Positions 38,952 to 46,682 of a DNA stretch of 55,934 nucleotides are shown here, piece by piece. The stretch is from Oscillospiraceae bacterium (GTDB lineage Bacteria > Bacillota > Clostridia > Oscillospirales > CAG-272). The notes below the pieces were generated by a model that saw only the letters and a program-made list of their open reading frames with translations, had not been told where the DNA came from and made no database searches. How positions within the stretch are numbered: the stretch's first letter is position 1; each line of letters begins with the position of its first letter. Where the stretch lies: assembly GCA_015063495.1 (NCBI GenBank), contig SVUB01000001.1, positions 1 through 55,934 of the forward strand. The letters run 5' to 3'. A program made the translations under genes and the position numbers.

Positions 38952-40049
38952 ATGTGTGCAAGTGAACTAAGCGAACGCAAAAAGCTGATACTCAAAGCAA
39001 TTATTGAAGCACATATCGCCGGTGGTGAGCCGGTCGGCTCAAAGTATCTGACCGAAAATATTGATATTGCCTGCTCGTCAGCAACAATACGAAACGAGAT
39101 GGCAGAGCTTGAAAGTCTCGGCTATCTTGAACAGCCCCACACCTCGTCGGGAAGAATTCCCACCGATAAGGGCTACCGCTTTTACGTTGACTCACTCTCG
39201 GATACTTACGCCACTGCGAACGCAGAGCTTGAGGGAATGACAGAGCTTGCAAAGGTAAAAATGAACGAGATAGATAAAGTTCTCGAATCTGCTTCAAAGC
39301 TCGCTTCGTCTCTTACCAATTACACGGGCATCGCAATAAAGCCCCGTCCGTCCTCGGCATTTATCAGCCGTTTTGAGACGATGTATCTTGATGAGAATAA
39401 TTTTATCATTGTGATGCTCACCTCGATAGGAAACGTAAAATCAAAGAGCATCCGCTCGGATATAGCCCTCACCGCTGAGGATACAGAGCACCTGACCGAC
39501 TGCCTTAACGCTTGCTTTGCAGGTCTTTCGGCAGAAAAAATAACTCTCCCGATAGTTATGAAGCTTGAGGGAATGCTCGGTGAGCTTTCTTCCCTCTCGC
39601 AAACGGTGATAAAGAGCATATATGACGTCATGAGTGAGATAAACGGCGGCTCTCTCCGCTACTCGGGCATCGACCACCTGCTCCAATACCCCGAATACTC
39701 CGACGTTTCACAGTTCAAGGAGCTTCTCGAGGTACTTGAGAGACAGGACGATATCTTAAGCATCGTCTCGGATAACGGAAAAGAGGATATAAAGGTATAT
39801 ATCGGCTCTGAAAGTCCCGTGAAGGTAATGAACAACTCTTCCCTTGTCTTCAAGCCCATAAAAAAGGACGGAAAGACGATAGGAGCTATCGGAGTTATAG
39901 GCCCTACGAGAATGGACTATGCAAAGGTACTCTCGACCATTTCCTCAATAAGCGGAAATATATCAAGCGTGCTTGAGGGGGATACGGCAAAAATAGTGGT
40001 AAACAGCAATAATCTTTTAGGAGAAGGAGACCATAACGGTGGAGAATAA
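38952..40049 (+). CDS. hrcA: heat-inducible transcription repressor HrcA
   Basis: LSERKKLILKAIIEAHIAGGEPVGSKYL and SSATIRNEMAELESLGYLEQPHTSSGRIPTDKGYRFYVD are hallmark HrcA sequences. Start at ATG 38952 (RBS GGGAGG). The track start at 38922 is a GTG inside CIRCE. Confidence 0.95.
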   Translation: MCASELSERKKLILKAIIEAHIAGGEPVGSKYLTENIDIACSSATIRNEMAELESLGYLEQPHTSSGRIPTDKGYRFYVDSLSDTYATANAELEGMTELAKVKMNEIDKVLESASKLASSLTNYTGIAIKPRPSSAFISRFETMYLDENNFIIVMLTSIGNVKSKSIRSDIALTAEDTEHLTDCLNACFAGLSAEKITLPIVMKLEGMLGELSSLSQTVIKSIYDVMSEINGGSLRYSGIDHLLQYPEYSDVSQFKELLEVLERQDDILSIVSDNGKEDIKVYIGSESPVKVMNNSSLVFKPIKKDGKTIGAIGVIGPTRMDYAKVLSTISSISGNISSVLEGDTAKIVVNSNNLLGEGDHNGGE

Positions 40050-40602
40050 AAACATATCGGAAGAAAACGTCTCTGATGTCACAGAGGAGATAAAAACTAC
40101 CGAAAAGGAAAGCAAAAATGATAAAAAGACCGTCAAAAAGCTTGAAGAAGAGCTTGAAGACGTAAAAAAGGAACTTGAAAAGGCAACCGAAGCACTGACA
40201 GATGCAAATAACAAGTATCTTACAATGCTTGCGGAATACGATAACTTCCGCCGCCGCTCGGCAAAGGAAAAGGAAAGCACGTATTCTGATGCTTACGCTG
40301 ACGTTCTCTCAAATATCCTGCCCGTTATCGATAACCTTGAGCGTGCGGCAGCCTATGGAGACGGTGAAAACGTCTCAAAGGGACTTGAGATGACCTTACG
40401 CAGCTTCGCCGAAATTATGGAGAAGATGGGCGTAAAGGAAATAGAATCTCTTGGAAAGACCTTTGACCCGAACGTCCATAATGCGGTAATGCACACGGAG
40501 GACGAAAGCCTCGGTGAGCAGGAGATATCAGAGGTGCTTCAAAAGGGCTATATGCTCGGAGACAAGGTTTTACGCTACGCCATGGTAAAGGTAGCAAATT
40601 AA
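40039..40602 (+). CDS. grpE: nucleotide exchange factor GrpE
   Basis: An acidic N-terminus, a coiled-coil, the YLTMLAEYDNFRRR motif and a C-terminal beta domain. GTG start overlapping the hrcA end. Confidence 0.95.
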   Translation: MENKNISEENVSDVTEEIKTTEKESKNDKKTVKKLEEELEDVKKELEKATEALTDANNKYLTMLAEYDNFRRRSAKEKESTYSDAYADVLSNILPVIDNLERAAAYGDGENVSKGLEMTLRSFAEIMEKMGVKEIESLGKTFDPNVHNAVMHTEDESLGEQEISEVLQKGYMLGDKVLRYAMVKVAN

Positions 40603-40647
40603 AAGGTAATCAATAAAATCTATATAAATTTTTGGAGGAATTTAATC

Positions 40648-42492
40648 ATGGGAAAAATCATCGGTATAGATCTTGGTACAACGAACTCTTGCGTTGCGGT
40701 TTATGAGGGTAGCGAGCCTATCGTAATCCCCAATCCCGAAGGAGCAAGAACCACTCCCTCTATCGTTGCATTCTCAAAGACAGGCGAGAGAATGGTAGGT
40801 CAGGTTGCAAAGCGCCAGGCTATCACAAACCCCGACAGAACAGTCATCAGCGTAAAGCGTGAGATGGGTACGGGCTTTAAGGTAAATATAGACGATAAGA
40901 GCTACACTCCCCAGGAGATCTCCGCAATGATCCTTCAGAAGCTGAAGGCAGATGCAGAGGCATATCTCGGAACAAGTGTAACACAGGCGGTAATCACAGT
41001 TCCCGCTTACTTCTCCGACTCGCAGAGACAGGCAACAAAGGACGCAGGTAAGATAGCAGGACTTGAGGTTCTCCGTATTATCAACGAGCCTACCGCTGCG
41101 GCTCTCGCTTACGGTATGGATAAGGAAAGCGACCAGAGAATCATGGTATTCGACCTTGGCGGCGGTACATTCGACGTTTCTATTCTTGAGATATCCGACG
41201 GAGTATTTGAGGTTCTCGCAACCAACGGTGACACACGACTTGGCGGTGACGACTTCGACCAGAAGATAATCGACTGGATGGCAGACCTCTTCCTTAAGGA
41301 AAACGGTGTTGACCTTCGTAACGACAAGATGGTAATGCAGAGACTTAAGGATGCGGCTGAAAAGGCAAAGATCGAGCTCTCCGGCATGACGAGCACAAAT
41401 ATCAACCTTCCCTTTATCACAGCTACTCAGGCAGGCCCTCTCCACTTTGAGGCTACTCTCACAAGAGCAGAGTTTGACCGCATCACAGCAGACCTTGTTG
41501 AGAGAACGATGGTTCCCACAAAGAAGGCTATGGCTGATGCAGGCATCAGCGCTTCCCAGATAGATAAGGTGCTTCTCGTCGGCGGTTCTACAAGAATCCC
41601 CGCAGTTCAGGAAGCAGTTAAGAAGTTCATCGGCAAGGATCCCTTCAAGGGAATCAACCCCGATGAGTGCGTTGCTGTCGGTGCTGCTATTCAGGCAGGC
41701 GTTCTTGGCGGAGAGGTAAAAGACCTTCTCCTTCTCGACGTAACTCCCCTTTCTCTCGGTATTGAGACTCTCGGCGGTGTATTCAACCGCATTATCGACA
41801 GAAATACAACTATCCCCGTAAAGAAGAGCCAGGTATATTCAACTGCGGCTGACGGTCAGACCTCTGTTGAGATCCACGTTCTTCAGGGTGAGCGTGAAAT
41901 GGCGGCAGGCAACACAACTCTCGGCCGCTTCAACCTTGACGGCATTCCCGCAGCTCCCCGTGGAGTTCCTCAGATCGAGGTAACCTTTGATATCGACGCT
42001 AACGGTATCGTTAACGTAACCGCAAAGGATAAGGGCACAGGCAAGGAGCAGCATATCACTATCACAAGCTCTACAAACATGAGCCAGGAAGATATCGAGA
42101 AGGCTGTTAAGGATGCTGAAAAGTTTGCTGAAGAGGATAAGAAGCAGAAGGAAGCGGTTGACGCAAAGAACCACGCTGAAACGCTTATCTTCCAGAGCGA
42201 GAAGACTCTCGGTGAGCTTGGCGACAAGGTGACAGAGGAAGAAAAGGCTCCTATTAAGGAGGCTATCGAAAAGCTTCGTCAGACAGTTGCAGGCGACAAT
42301 ACCGATGCTATCAAGGCTGACACAGAGGCTCTCGAAAAGGCATTCTACGCTATCTCCGAAAAGCTTTATGCTCAGGCTCAGCAGGCGCAGGGCAGTGCAG
42401 GCTTTGATCCTAATGCCGCAGGCGGTGCACAGGGCGGTGACGGCACGTATTACGATGCCGACTTTGAGGATAAGACAGGCGAGAACAAATAA
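40648..42492 (+). CDS. dnaK: molecular chaperone DnaK (Hsp70)
   Basis: [23 protein letters not shown] and [14 protein letters not shown]. 614 aa. Confidence 0.98.
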   Translation: MGKIIGIDLGTTNSCVAVYEGSEPIVIPNPEGARTTPSIVAFSKTGERMVGQVAKRQAITNPDRTVISVKREMGTGFKVNIDDKSYTPQEISAMILQKLKADAEAYLGTSVTQAVITVPAYFSDSQRQATKDAGKIAGLEVLRIINEPTAAALAYGMDKESDQRIMVFDLGGGTFDVSILEISDGVFEVLATNGDTRLGGDDFDQKIIDWMADLFLKENGVDLRNDKMVMQRLKDAAEKAKIELSGMTSTNINLPFITATQAGPLHFEATLTRAEFDRITADLVERTMVPTKKAMADAGISASQIDKVLLVGGSTRIPAVQEAVKKFIGKDPFKGINPDECVAVGAAIQAGVLGGEVKDLLLLDVTPLSLGIETLGGVFNRIIDRNTTIPVKKSQVYSTAADGQTSVEIHVLQGEREMAAGNTTLGRFNLDGIPAAPRGVPQIEVTFDIDANGIVNVTAKDKGTGKEQHITITSSTNMSQEDIEKAVKDAEKFAEEDKKQKEAVDAKNHAETLIFQSEKTLGELGDKVTEEEKAPIKEAIEKLRQTVAGDNTDAIKADTEALEKAFYAISEKLYAQAQQAQGSAGFDPNAAGGAQGGDGTYYDADFEDKTGENK

Positions 42493-42573
42493 TTTTAACC
42501 GAATATATGCGGAAAAGGGCAAAAATGCTCTTTTCCGCTTCCCCATTTATGAAAATTTGAGGTTTAGAGACAA

Positions 42574-43707
42574 ATGGCAGATAAACGAGATTATTATGAG
42601 GTGCTGGGGCTTGATAAGAGTGCGGACGAGGCGTCGATTAAAAAAGCCTACCGTTCACTTGCAAAAAAATATCACCCCGACCTTAATCCCGGAGACACGG
42701 TAGCCGAGGAAAAATTCAAGGAAGTAAACGAGGCATATGCCGTTCTCTCAGACGCAGAGCAAAAGGCAAAGTACGACCAGTACGGTCATGCGGCCTTTGA
42801 CCCTGCATCGGGCGGATTTGGCGGAGGATTTGGCGGTTTCGGTGACTTTGGCGATATATCGGATATCTTCAGCTCTATGTTTGGCGGCGGTTTCGGCGGA
42901 TCGTCCCAGAGAAGAAGAAACGGGCCCATCAGAGGCGACGATATCGGCGTTCACATAACCATCTCCTTTGAGGAGGCGGCGTTTGGCACTAAAAAGGACA
43001 TAACGTATAACAGAATTCAGAAATGTCCCGACTGCGAAGGCTCGGGTGCGGCAAAGGGCACAAGCCCCGAAACCTGCCCCAATTGTCACGGCTCGGGTCA
43101 GATGCGTGTTAATCAGCGACTTGGCGGAATGCAGTTCCAGACAACGACGACCTGCTCAAATTGCCGTGGTTCGGGTAAGATAATAAAGAATCCATGCCAG
43201 AACTGTAACAGCAAGGGCTACGTTAAGGTGTCAAAGAAGCTTGAGGTAAACATTCCTGCAGGTATTGACGACGGTGAACGCATAGCTCTGCGTGGTCAGG
43301 GATGCGACGGAAGGAATGGAGGCCCCACCGGTGACCTTATTCTGAACGTAAACGTAAAAAACCACAGCATTTTTGAGCGTGACGGATACGACCTTTACTG
43401 CGAGGTACCGATAACTATTGCAGAAGCAACTCTCGGTGCAGAGATCGACGTTCCCACTCTTGAGGGTAACGTAAAATTCAAAATACCCGATGGAACACAG
43501 CCCGGCACAAGTTTTACACTGCGCCAAAAGGGTATAACGATGATAAATTCATCACGCAAGGGTGACCTTATCTTTAAGGTAAATGTCGAAATACCGAGAA
43601 ATCTAAACGAAAAGCAACGTGAGAATATGCGTGCGTTTGCAGAAAGCTGCGGCGAGAACAATTATTCAAAGCGTGAGAGCTTCTTCAAAAAAATATTCAA
43701 TAAATAA
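42574..43707 (+). CDS. dnaJ: co-chaperone DnaJ
   Basis: J domain (DYYEVLGL...[10 protein letters not shown]), a G/F-rich region and four CxxCxGxG zinc motifs. Confidence 0.97.
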   Translation: MADKRDYYEVLGLDKSADEASIKKAYRSLAKKYHPDLNPGDTVAEEKFKEVNEAYAVLSDAEQKAKYDQYGHAAFDPASGGFGGGFGGFGDFGDISDIFSSMFGGGFGGSSQRRRNGPIRGDDIGVHITISFEEAAFGTKKDITYNRIQKCPDCEGSGAAKGTSPETCPNCHGSGQMRVNQRLGGMQFQTTTTCSNCRGSGKIIKNPCQNCNSKGYVKVSKKLEVNIPAGIDDGERIALRGQGCDGRNGGPTGDLILNVNVKNHSIFERDGYDLYCEVPITIAEATLGAEIDVPTLEGNVKFKIPDGTQPGTSFTLRQKGITMINSSRKGDLIFKVNVEIPRNLNEKQRENMRAFAESCGENNYSKRESFFKKIFNK

Positions 43708-43723
43708 CGAAAGGATCTTTGCC

Positions 43724-44647
43724 TTGGAACAGACAAAAGATTGGACACAGCTCCGTGTTACCGTAAAGCTTCCGCTTCTCGATGCGGCAAGTGCTGTAAT
43801 GAGCATGATAGATAACAACCTCATGATAGAGGATTACAGTGACATCGACCTTAAGAGCGTATATGGCGACCTTATCGACGAGAGCTTACTTAACGCAGAC
43901 AAGACGATAGCTTCAATATCGGTATTTATTCCCTGCGAAAAAAGCCCGACAGATGCACTTGCATTTATACGTGAACGCTTTGCGGCAGAGGGGATTGACG
44001 CAAAATTTGAGCTTATCGGTGTAAACGAGGACGACTGGGCAAATGCCTGGAAGGCTTATTACAAGCCTATCCGCATAGGTAAGCATATGGTGATAGTTCC
44101 CGCTTGGGAGCGTTTTGAACCTCTGCCGGATGATATTGTCGTGCGTATGGACCCCGGTATGGCATTTGGTACAGGTACGCACGAGACTACAAGGCTCGTT
44201 ATCGAGCTTCTTGAAAAGTACGTGAAAAAGGGCGACAGAATGCTTGACGTCGGCACGGGAAGCGGAATACTTGCCATCTGCGCCTCAAAGCTCGGCGCTT
44301 CTCACTGTGCAGCATACGACATCGACCCCGTTGCAGTCAGAGTTGCAAGAGACAATATAGCCGAGAGCGGTCAGGATAACATCATCTGCGACGTTTCGGA
44401 CCTCTTAAAGCAGGTATCGCTTGAGGGCGGTCAGTATGATATAGTAACGGCAAATATAGTTGCCGATATCATCATCCGTCTTGCACCCGATATAGGAAAC
44501 TATATGAAGGACGGCGCTACCCTTATTGCATCGGGCATAATCTCCGAGAGAAAAGAGGAAGTGCTTACAGTGCTTCTCGCAAATAACCTTTCACTCGTGG
44601 AAATACTTGAAGATAACGGCTGGTGCGCCATCGTAGTTAAGAAATAA
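43724..44647 (+). CDS. prmA: ribosomal protein L11 methyltransferase PrmA
   Basis: Motifs DPGMAFGTGTHETTRL and DVGTGSGILAI, in the position after dnaJ seen in many Firmicutes. Start proposed at TTG 43724 (RBS AAAGGA 8 nt upstream). The ORF-track start at 43619 overlaps dnaJ. Confidence 0.88.
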   Translation: MEQTKDWTQLRVTVKLPLLDAASAVMSMIDNNLMIEDYSDIDLKSVYGDLIDESLLNADKTIASISVFIPCEKSPTDALAFIRERFAAEGIDAKFELIGVNEDDWANAWKAYYKPIRIGKHMVIVPAWERFEPLPDDIVVRMDPGMAFGTGTHETTRLVIELLEKYVKKGDRMLDVGTGSGILAICASKLGASHCAAYDIDPVAVRVARDNIAESGQDNIICDVSDLLKQVSLEGGQYDIVTANIVADIIIRLAPDIGNYMKDGATLIASGIISERKEEVLTVLLANNLSLVEILEDNGWCAIVVKK

Positions 44648-44650
44648 AAA

Positions 44651-44673
44651 ATAGTGCGGTTTTTCCGCACTAT
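44651..44673. terminator. bidirectional intrinsic terminator
   Basis: ATAGTGCGG-ttttt-CCGCACTAT, flanked by A-run and T-run, between convergent genes. Confidence 0.75.
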
Positions 44674-45446
44674 TTTTTATTGTAATCAAGGAGATACATT
44701 TTCTTAGGCTTTGAATATTCACTTTCCGGAAGGAGACCAGCGATATTTTTTCGGCAGACAAGCAAATAAACTCCGAAAAGCAAAAATGAAAGACTTCCAA
44801 ACACAGTAGCAATAGCAGAAATCACTCTGCCACCGGTAAATAAGAGAGCGAACAGAAATGCGGCAAGCAAAAAAGAGAAAAAGCAAACGTACCCCACCGA
44901 TATTTCTATTGGTCTTTTCTCTGTCACTATTACCTCAAACGTTCTTAATAATTTACCCATCTTTGAGGCAAACTTAAGAAAAAGAACGAAAAGGATGAAT
45001 ATCAGCGGAACAAAGGCATATATTTCAAGCGCCGGAGTAAAGCTACGGGTAAGCGCCAGACTGACAGATGCCGTACCGAACATATACACCGCAAGAGTGG
45101 CGAGCACAAGAGCGCAAAGTGCGGAAAAGACAACACTGCCGATACGCATCATTTTAGCTCCAACTGTGCGGACACGGTAGAGCATAAGCATTCCAACGCC
45201 CATCACAGCAAGAGGTGACATAATTACCGTAACAAATATGCGAAGCGCTGCAAGATAGGAAGCATAGCTCGTCGTTTTACCAAAGTAAATAAGGTAGATA
45301 GCAAGTCTCTCCGGTTTTCCCGAGAATGCCGCAGTGAGCGTCAAAACAATAAATAAAAACAAGCATATAGCAGCAAAAGCAAGCCAAGGGGATGAAATTG
45401 CGCCCCGAAGCGTTGCTTTTCTTTTGTTTTCCGGCATATCCCTCAC
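44670..45446 (-). CDS. hypothetical polytopic membrane protein
   Basis: 258 aa with about 6 hydrophobic segments. It has its own TTGAAA-17-TATAAT promoter in 45447-45526. No family recognised. Confidence 0.5.
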   Translation of the reverse strand: MRDMPENKRKATLRGAISSPWLAFAAICLFLFIVLTLTAAFSGKPERLAIYLIYFGKTTSYASYLAALRIFVTVIMSPLAVMGVGMLMLYRVRTVGAKMMRIGSVVFSALCALVLATLAVYMFGTASVSLALTRSFTPALEIYAFVPLIFILFVLFLKFASKMGKLLRTFEVIVTEKRPIEISVGYVCFFSFLLAAFLFALLFTGGRVISAIATVFGSLSFLLFGVYLLVCRKNIAGLLPESEYSKPKKMYLLDYNKK

Positions 45447-45526
45447 CTCATCCTTAATCGTTACTGAAAGAACACCGTAATTATATCATAAATTATTTGT
45501 ATTTTCAACATAAAGAAATAAAAATA

Positions 45527-45868
45527 TTAAGGGTCGCACCTGCGACACCCTATATATCCTTCATTGACAGCTTCATCTCGTGAACCGAAAAATTCCTTTT
45601 TATTCTCCTCATTCATATCATTGACCGAAGCACAGTCGGGATAATGGAATTTTTTTGACCTGATATTAAGAATGTAAGTAGGTGACTCGCACGGTGACGG
45701 CAGGGCATCGGACGGCTCATCAACTTTCAAGCTTGCAATTTCAGTTTTTGGAGTAACGTAAACATCTTCTAAGTCATTTGTATCAGCAGAAAAGGCCGAT
45801 GACACTGCAAAATAACAAGCAATAATGATTAGGGAATATTTCAGAACAAGAAAAAACGCTTTTTTCAT
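45527..45868 (-). CDS. small secreted protein with C-terminal Ada-type Zn-ribbon-like motif
   Basis: Start at ATG 45868 (RBS GGAGGAAGAA). Signal peptide MKKAFFLVLKYSLIIIACYFAVSSAFSA. The C-terminal KKFHYPDC...FFGSRDEAVNEGYIGCRRCDP follows the FH-x3-C...GY-x-C-x2-C-x-P pattern of the Ada metal-binding fold. The ORF-track extension to 45988 runs through a terminator hairpin and is rejected. Confidence 0.6.
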   Translation of the reverse strand: MKKAFFLVLKYSLIIIACYFAVSSAFSADTNDLEDVYVTPKTEIASLKVDEPSDALPSPCESPTYILNIRSKKFHYPDCASVNDMNEENKKEFFGSRDEAVNEGYIGCRRCDP

Positions 45869-45888
45869 TTCTTCCTCCAAAAATTCAT

Positions 45889-46044
45889 AAAAAAAGTGCG
45901 CCCCATTAAGGGACGCACGAAAAAGTGAATCCCCCATTGTTGCTACACAATCTCTACCTATCTGTGGGTATGAGTAAAAAGGAAACACCTTTTACCAAGG
46001 TTAGTTTCCCACAGATAGAAAATGATTATTTGATTGTGTAGCAG
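45889..46044 (-). promoter_or_regulatory. structured 5' leader with intrinsic terminator (attenuator/riboswitch-like), module A
   Basis: P1 pairs 46043-46032 with 45952-45941 (12 bp). P2 pairs 46018-46008 with 45968-45958 (11 bp). An apical AAAAGG/CCUUUU hairpin follows, then the terminator GUGCGUCCC-UUAAU-GGGGCGCAC plus U7 (45918-45889). There are only 20 nt between the U-run and the ATG at 45868, which is RBS-only spacing. Confidence 0.55.
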
Positions 46045-46048
46045 GTTT

Positions 46049-46077
46049 ATTGTACCATAAACACTGATAAATGTCAA
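46049..46077 (-). promoter_or_regulatory. consensus sigma-A promoter driving leader module A
   Basis: Minus strand: TTGACA (46077-46072), 17 nt, TGgTACAAT (-10 at 46054-46049). Confidence 0.65.
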
Positions 46078-46093
46078 TATTTCTTTATATAAT

Positions 46094-46222
46094 AAAAAAG
46101 TGCGCCCCATTAAGGGACGCACGAAAAAGTGAATCCCCTACATGTTGCTACACAAGCTCTTCCCATTTGTGGTGTGAGTAAAAGGAGAAAACACCTTTTG
46201 CATAGGTATTTTACCACAAAAT
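46094..46222 (-). ncRNA. candidate small RNA / second leader module B (partial duplicate of module A ending in the identical terminator)
   Basis: A 45-nt block identical to module A includes the terminator hairpin (46122-46100) plus U6. Upstream ~85 nt are homologous to module A with retained P2 pairing (46173-46166/46220-46213). A possible promoter TTGACT-17-TGgTAAAAT lies at 46236-46208. Confidence 0.4.
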
Positions 46223-46292
46223 TTATTTTTAGTCAATCTTAAGTTTTTTCTGATATGCAATTTTTATTAAAATGTAAATTTAGCAAAATCTA

Positions 46293-46321
46293 TTGCAATA
46301 ATTGCGAAAATCTGTTATAAT
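46293..46321 (+). promoter_or_regulatory. sigma-A promoter of SRP RNA
   Basis: TTGCAA (46293-46298), 17 nt, TATAAT (46316-46321). Confidence 0.6.
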
Positions 46322-46357
46322 ATTTTAGTATGAGTGCATAGTCACTTGCACAGTCAC

Positions 46358-46655
46358 AAGCTGTGAAATAAGGCCATACTAGCCGGGGATTTAGCGGAGC
46401 CCTGTACCTGAAATCCGCTACAGCAGGGGTGAATCCCTTTTTTGAGGGTCCCGGTGGTGCGATTGCACCGATCTCCTCTGTGTTGAGAAGCGGGTCTTGC
46501 GCGATCGGGAGCTGTGAACCATGTCAGGTGGGGAACCAAGCAGCATTAAGCAGTATCCCCGATGTGCCGCGAGGCAGCCTGCTTTGAGCAGAGGCATCGG
46601 AATGCGCGTATTTCCGAGATTCGATCTTAAGGTGTATGGTCTTATTTTGCAGCTT
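46358..46655 (+). ncRNA. ffs: signal recognition particle RNA, long (Bacillus-type, with Alu domain) form
   Basis: Domain IV core GTCAGGTGGGGAACCAAGCAGC is comparable to GUCAGGUCCGGAAGGAAGCAGC. The Alu-domain-like 5' part is GGGGATTTAGCGGAGCCCTGTACCTGAAATCCGCTACAGCAGGGGTGAATCCC. The termini pair (AAGCTGTGAAATAAGGCCATAC with GTATGGTCTTATTTTGCAGCTT). The position directly upstream of dnaX matches B. subtilis scr. The ends are approximate. Confidence 0.85.
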
Positions 46656-46682
46656 GATTTTTATATATAACGGAGGGAGAAA

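Noticed and set aside
40774-42546. Two long minus-strand ORFs (223 aa and 235 aa) inside dnaK
   Set aside because: They are codon-aligned antisense frames of a strongly biased gene, the same effect as in ppdK. The translations show no motifs, and DnaK on the + strand is unambiguous.
45869-45988. N-terminal 40-codon extension of the small secreted protein ORF (track start at 45988)
   Set aside because: The extension reads through the terminator hairpin and U-run and through the P2 stem. A strong RBS and ATG at 45868 give a canonical signal peptide. The homologous module B shows nucleotide-level but not amino-acid-level conservation, because an indel breaks the frame.
45940-46044. Long terminal inverted repeats (TTGCTACACAATC … GATTGTGTAGCA), considered as a MITE
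   Set aside because: There are no target-site duplications. The second copy carries only one arm yet retains the inner stem and the terminator. The position between a promoter and a terminator fits a transcribed structured leader better than a mobile element.
46138-46203. 21-codon ORF (MQKVFSPFTHTTNGKSLCSNM) in RNA module B, considered as a leader peptide or type I toxin
   Set aside because: There is no SD upstream, it is not hydrophobic or toxin-like, and the frame is not preserved in module A. Conservation is at the RNA/DNA level.
46354-46539. 61-aa minus-strand ORF upstream of dnaX
   Set aside because: It lies entirely within the SRP RNA gene, which has a domain IV core, an Alu-like 5' domain and paired termini. 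It is not coding.
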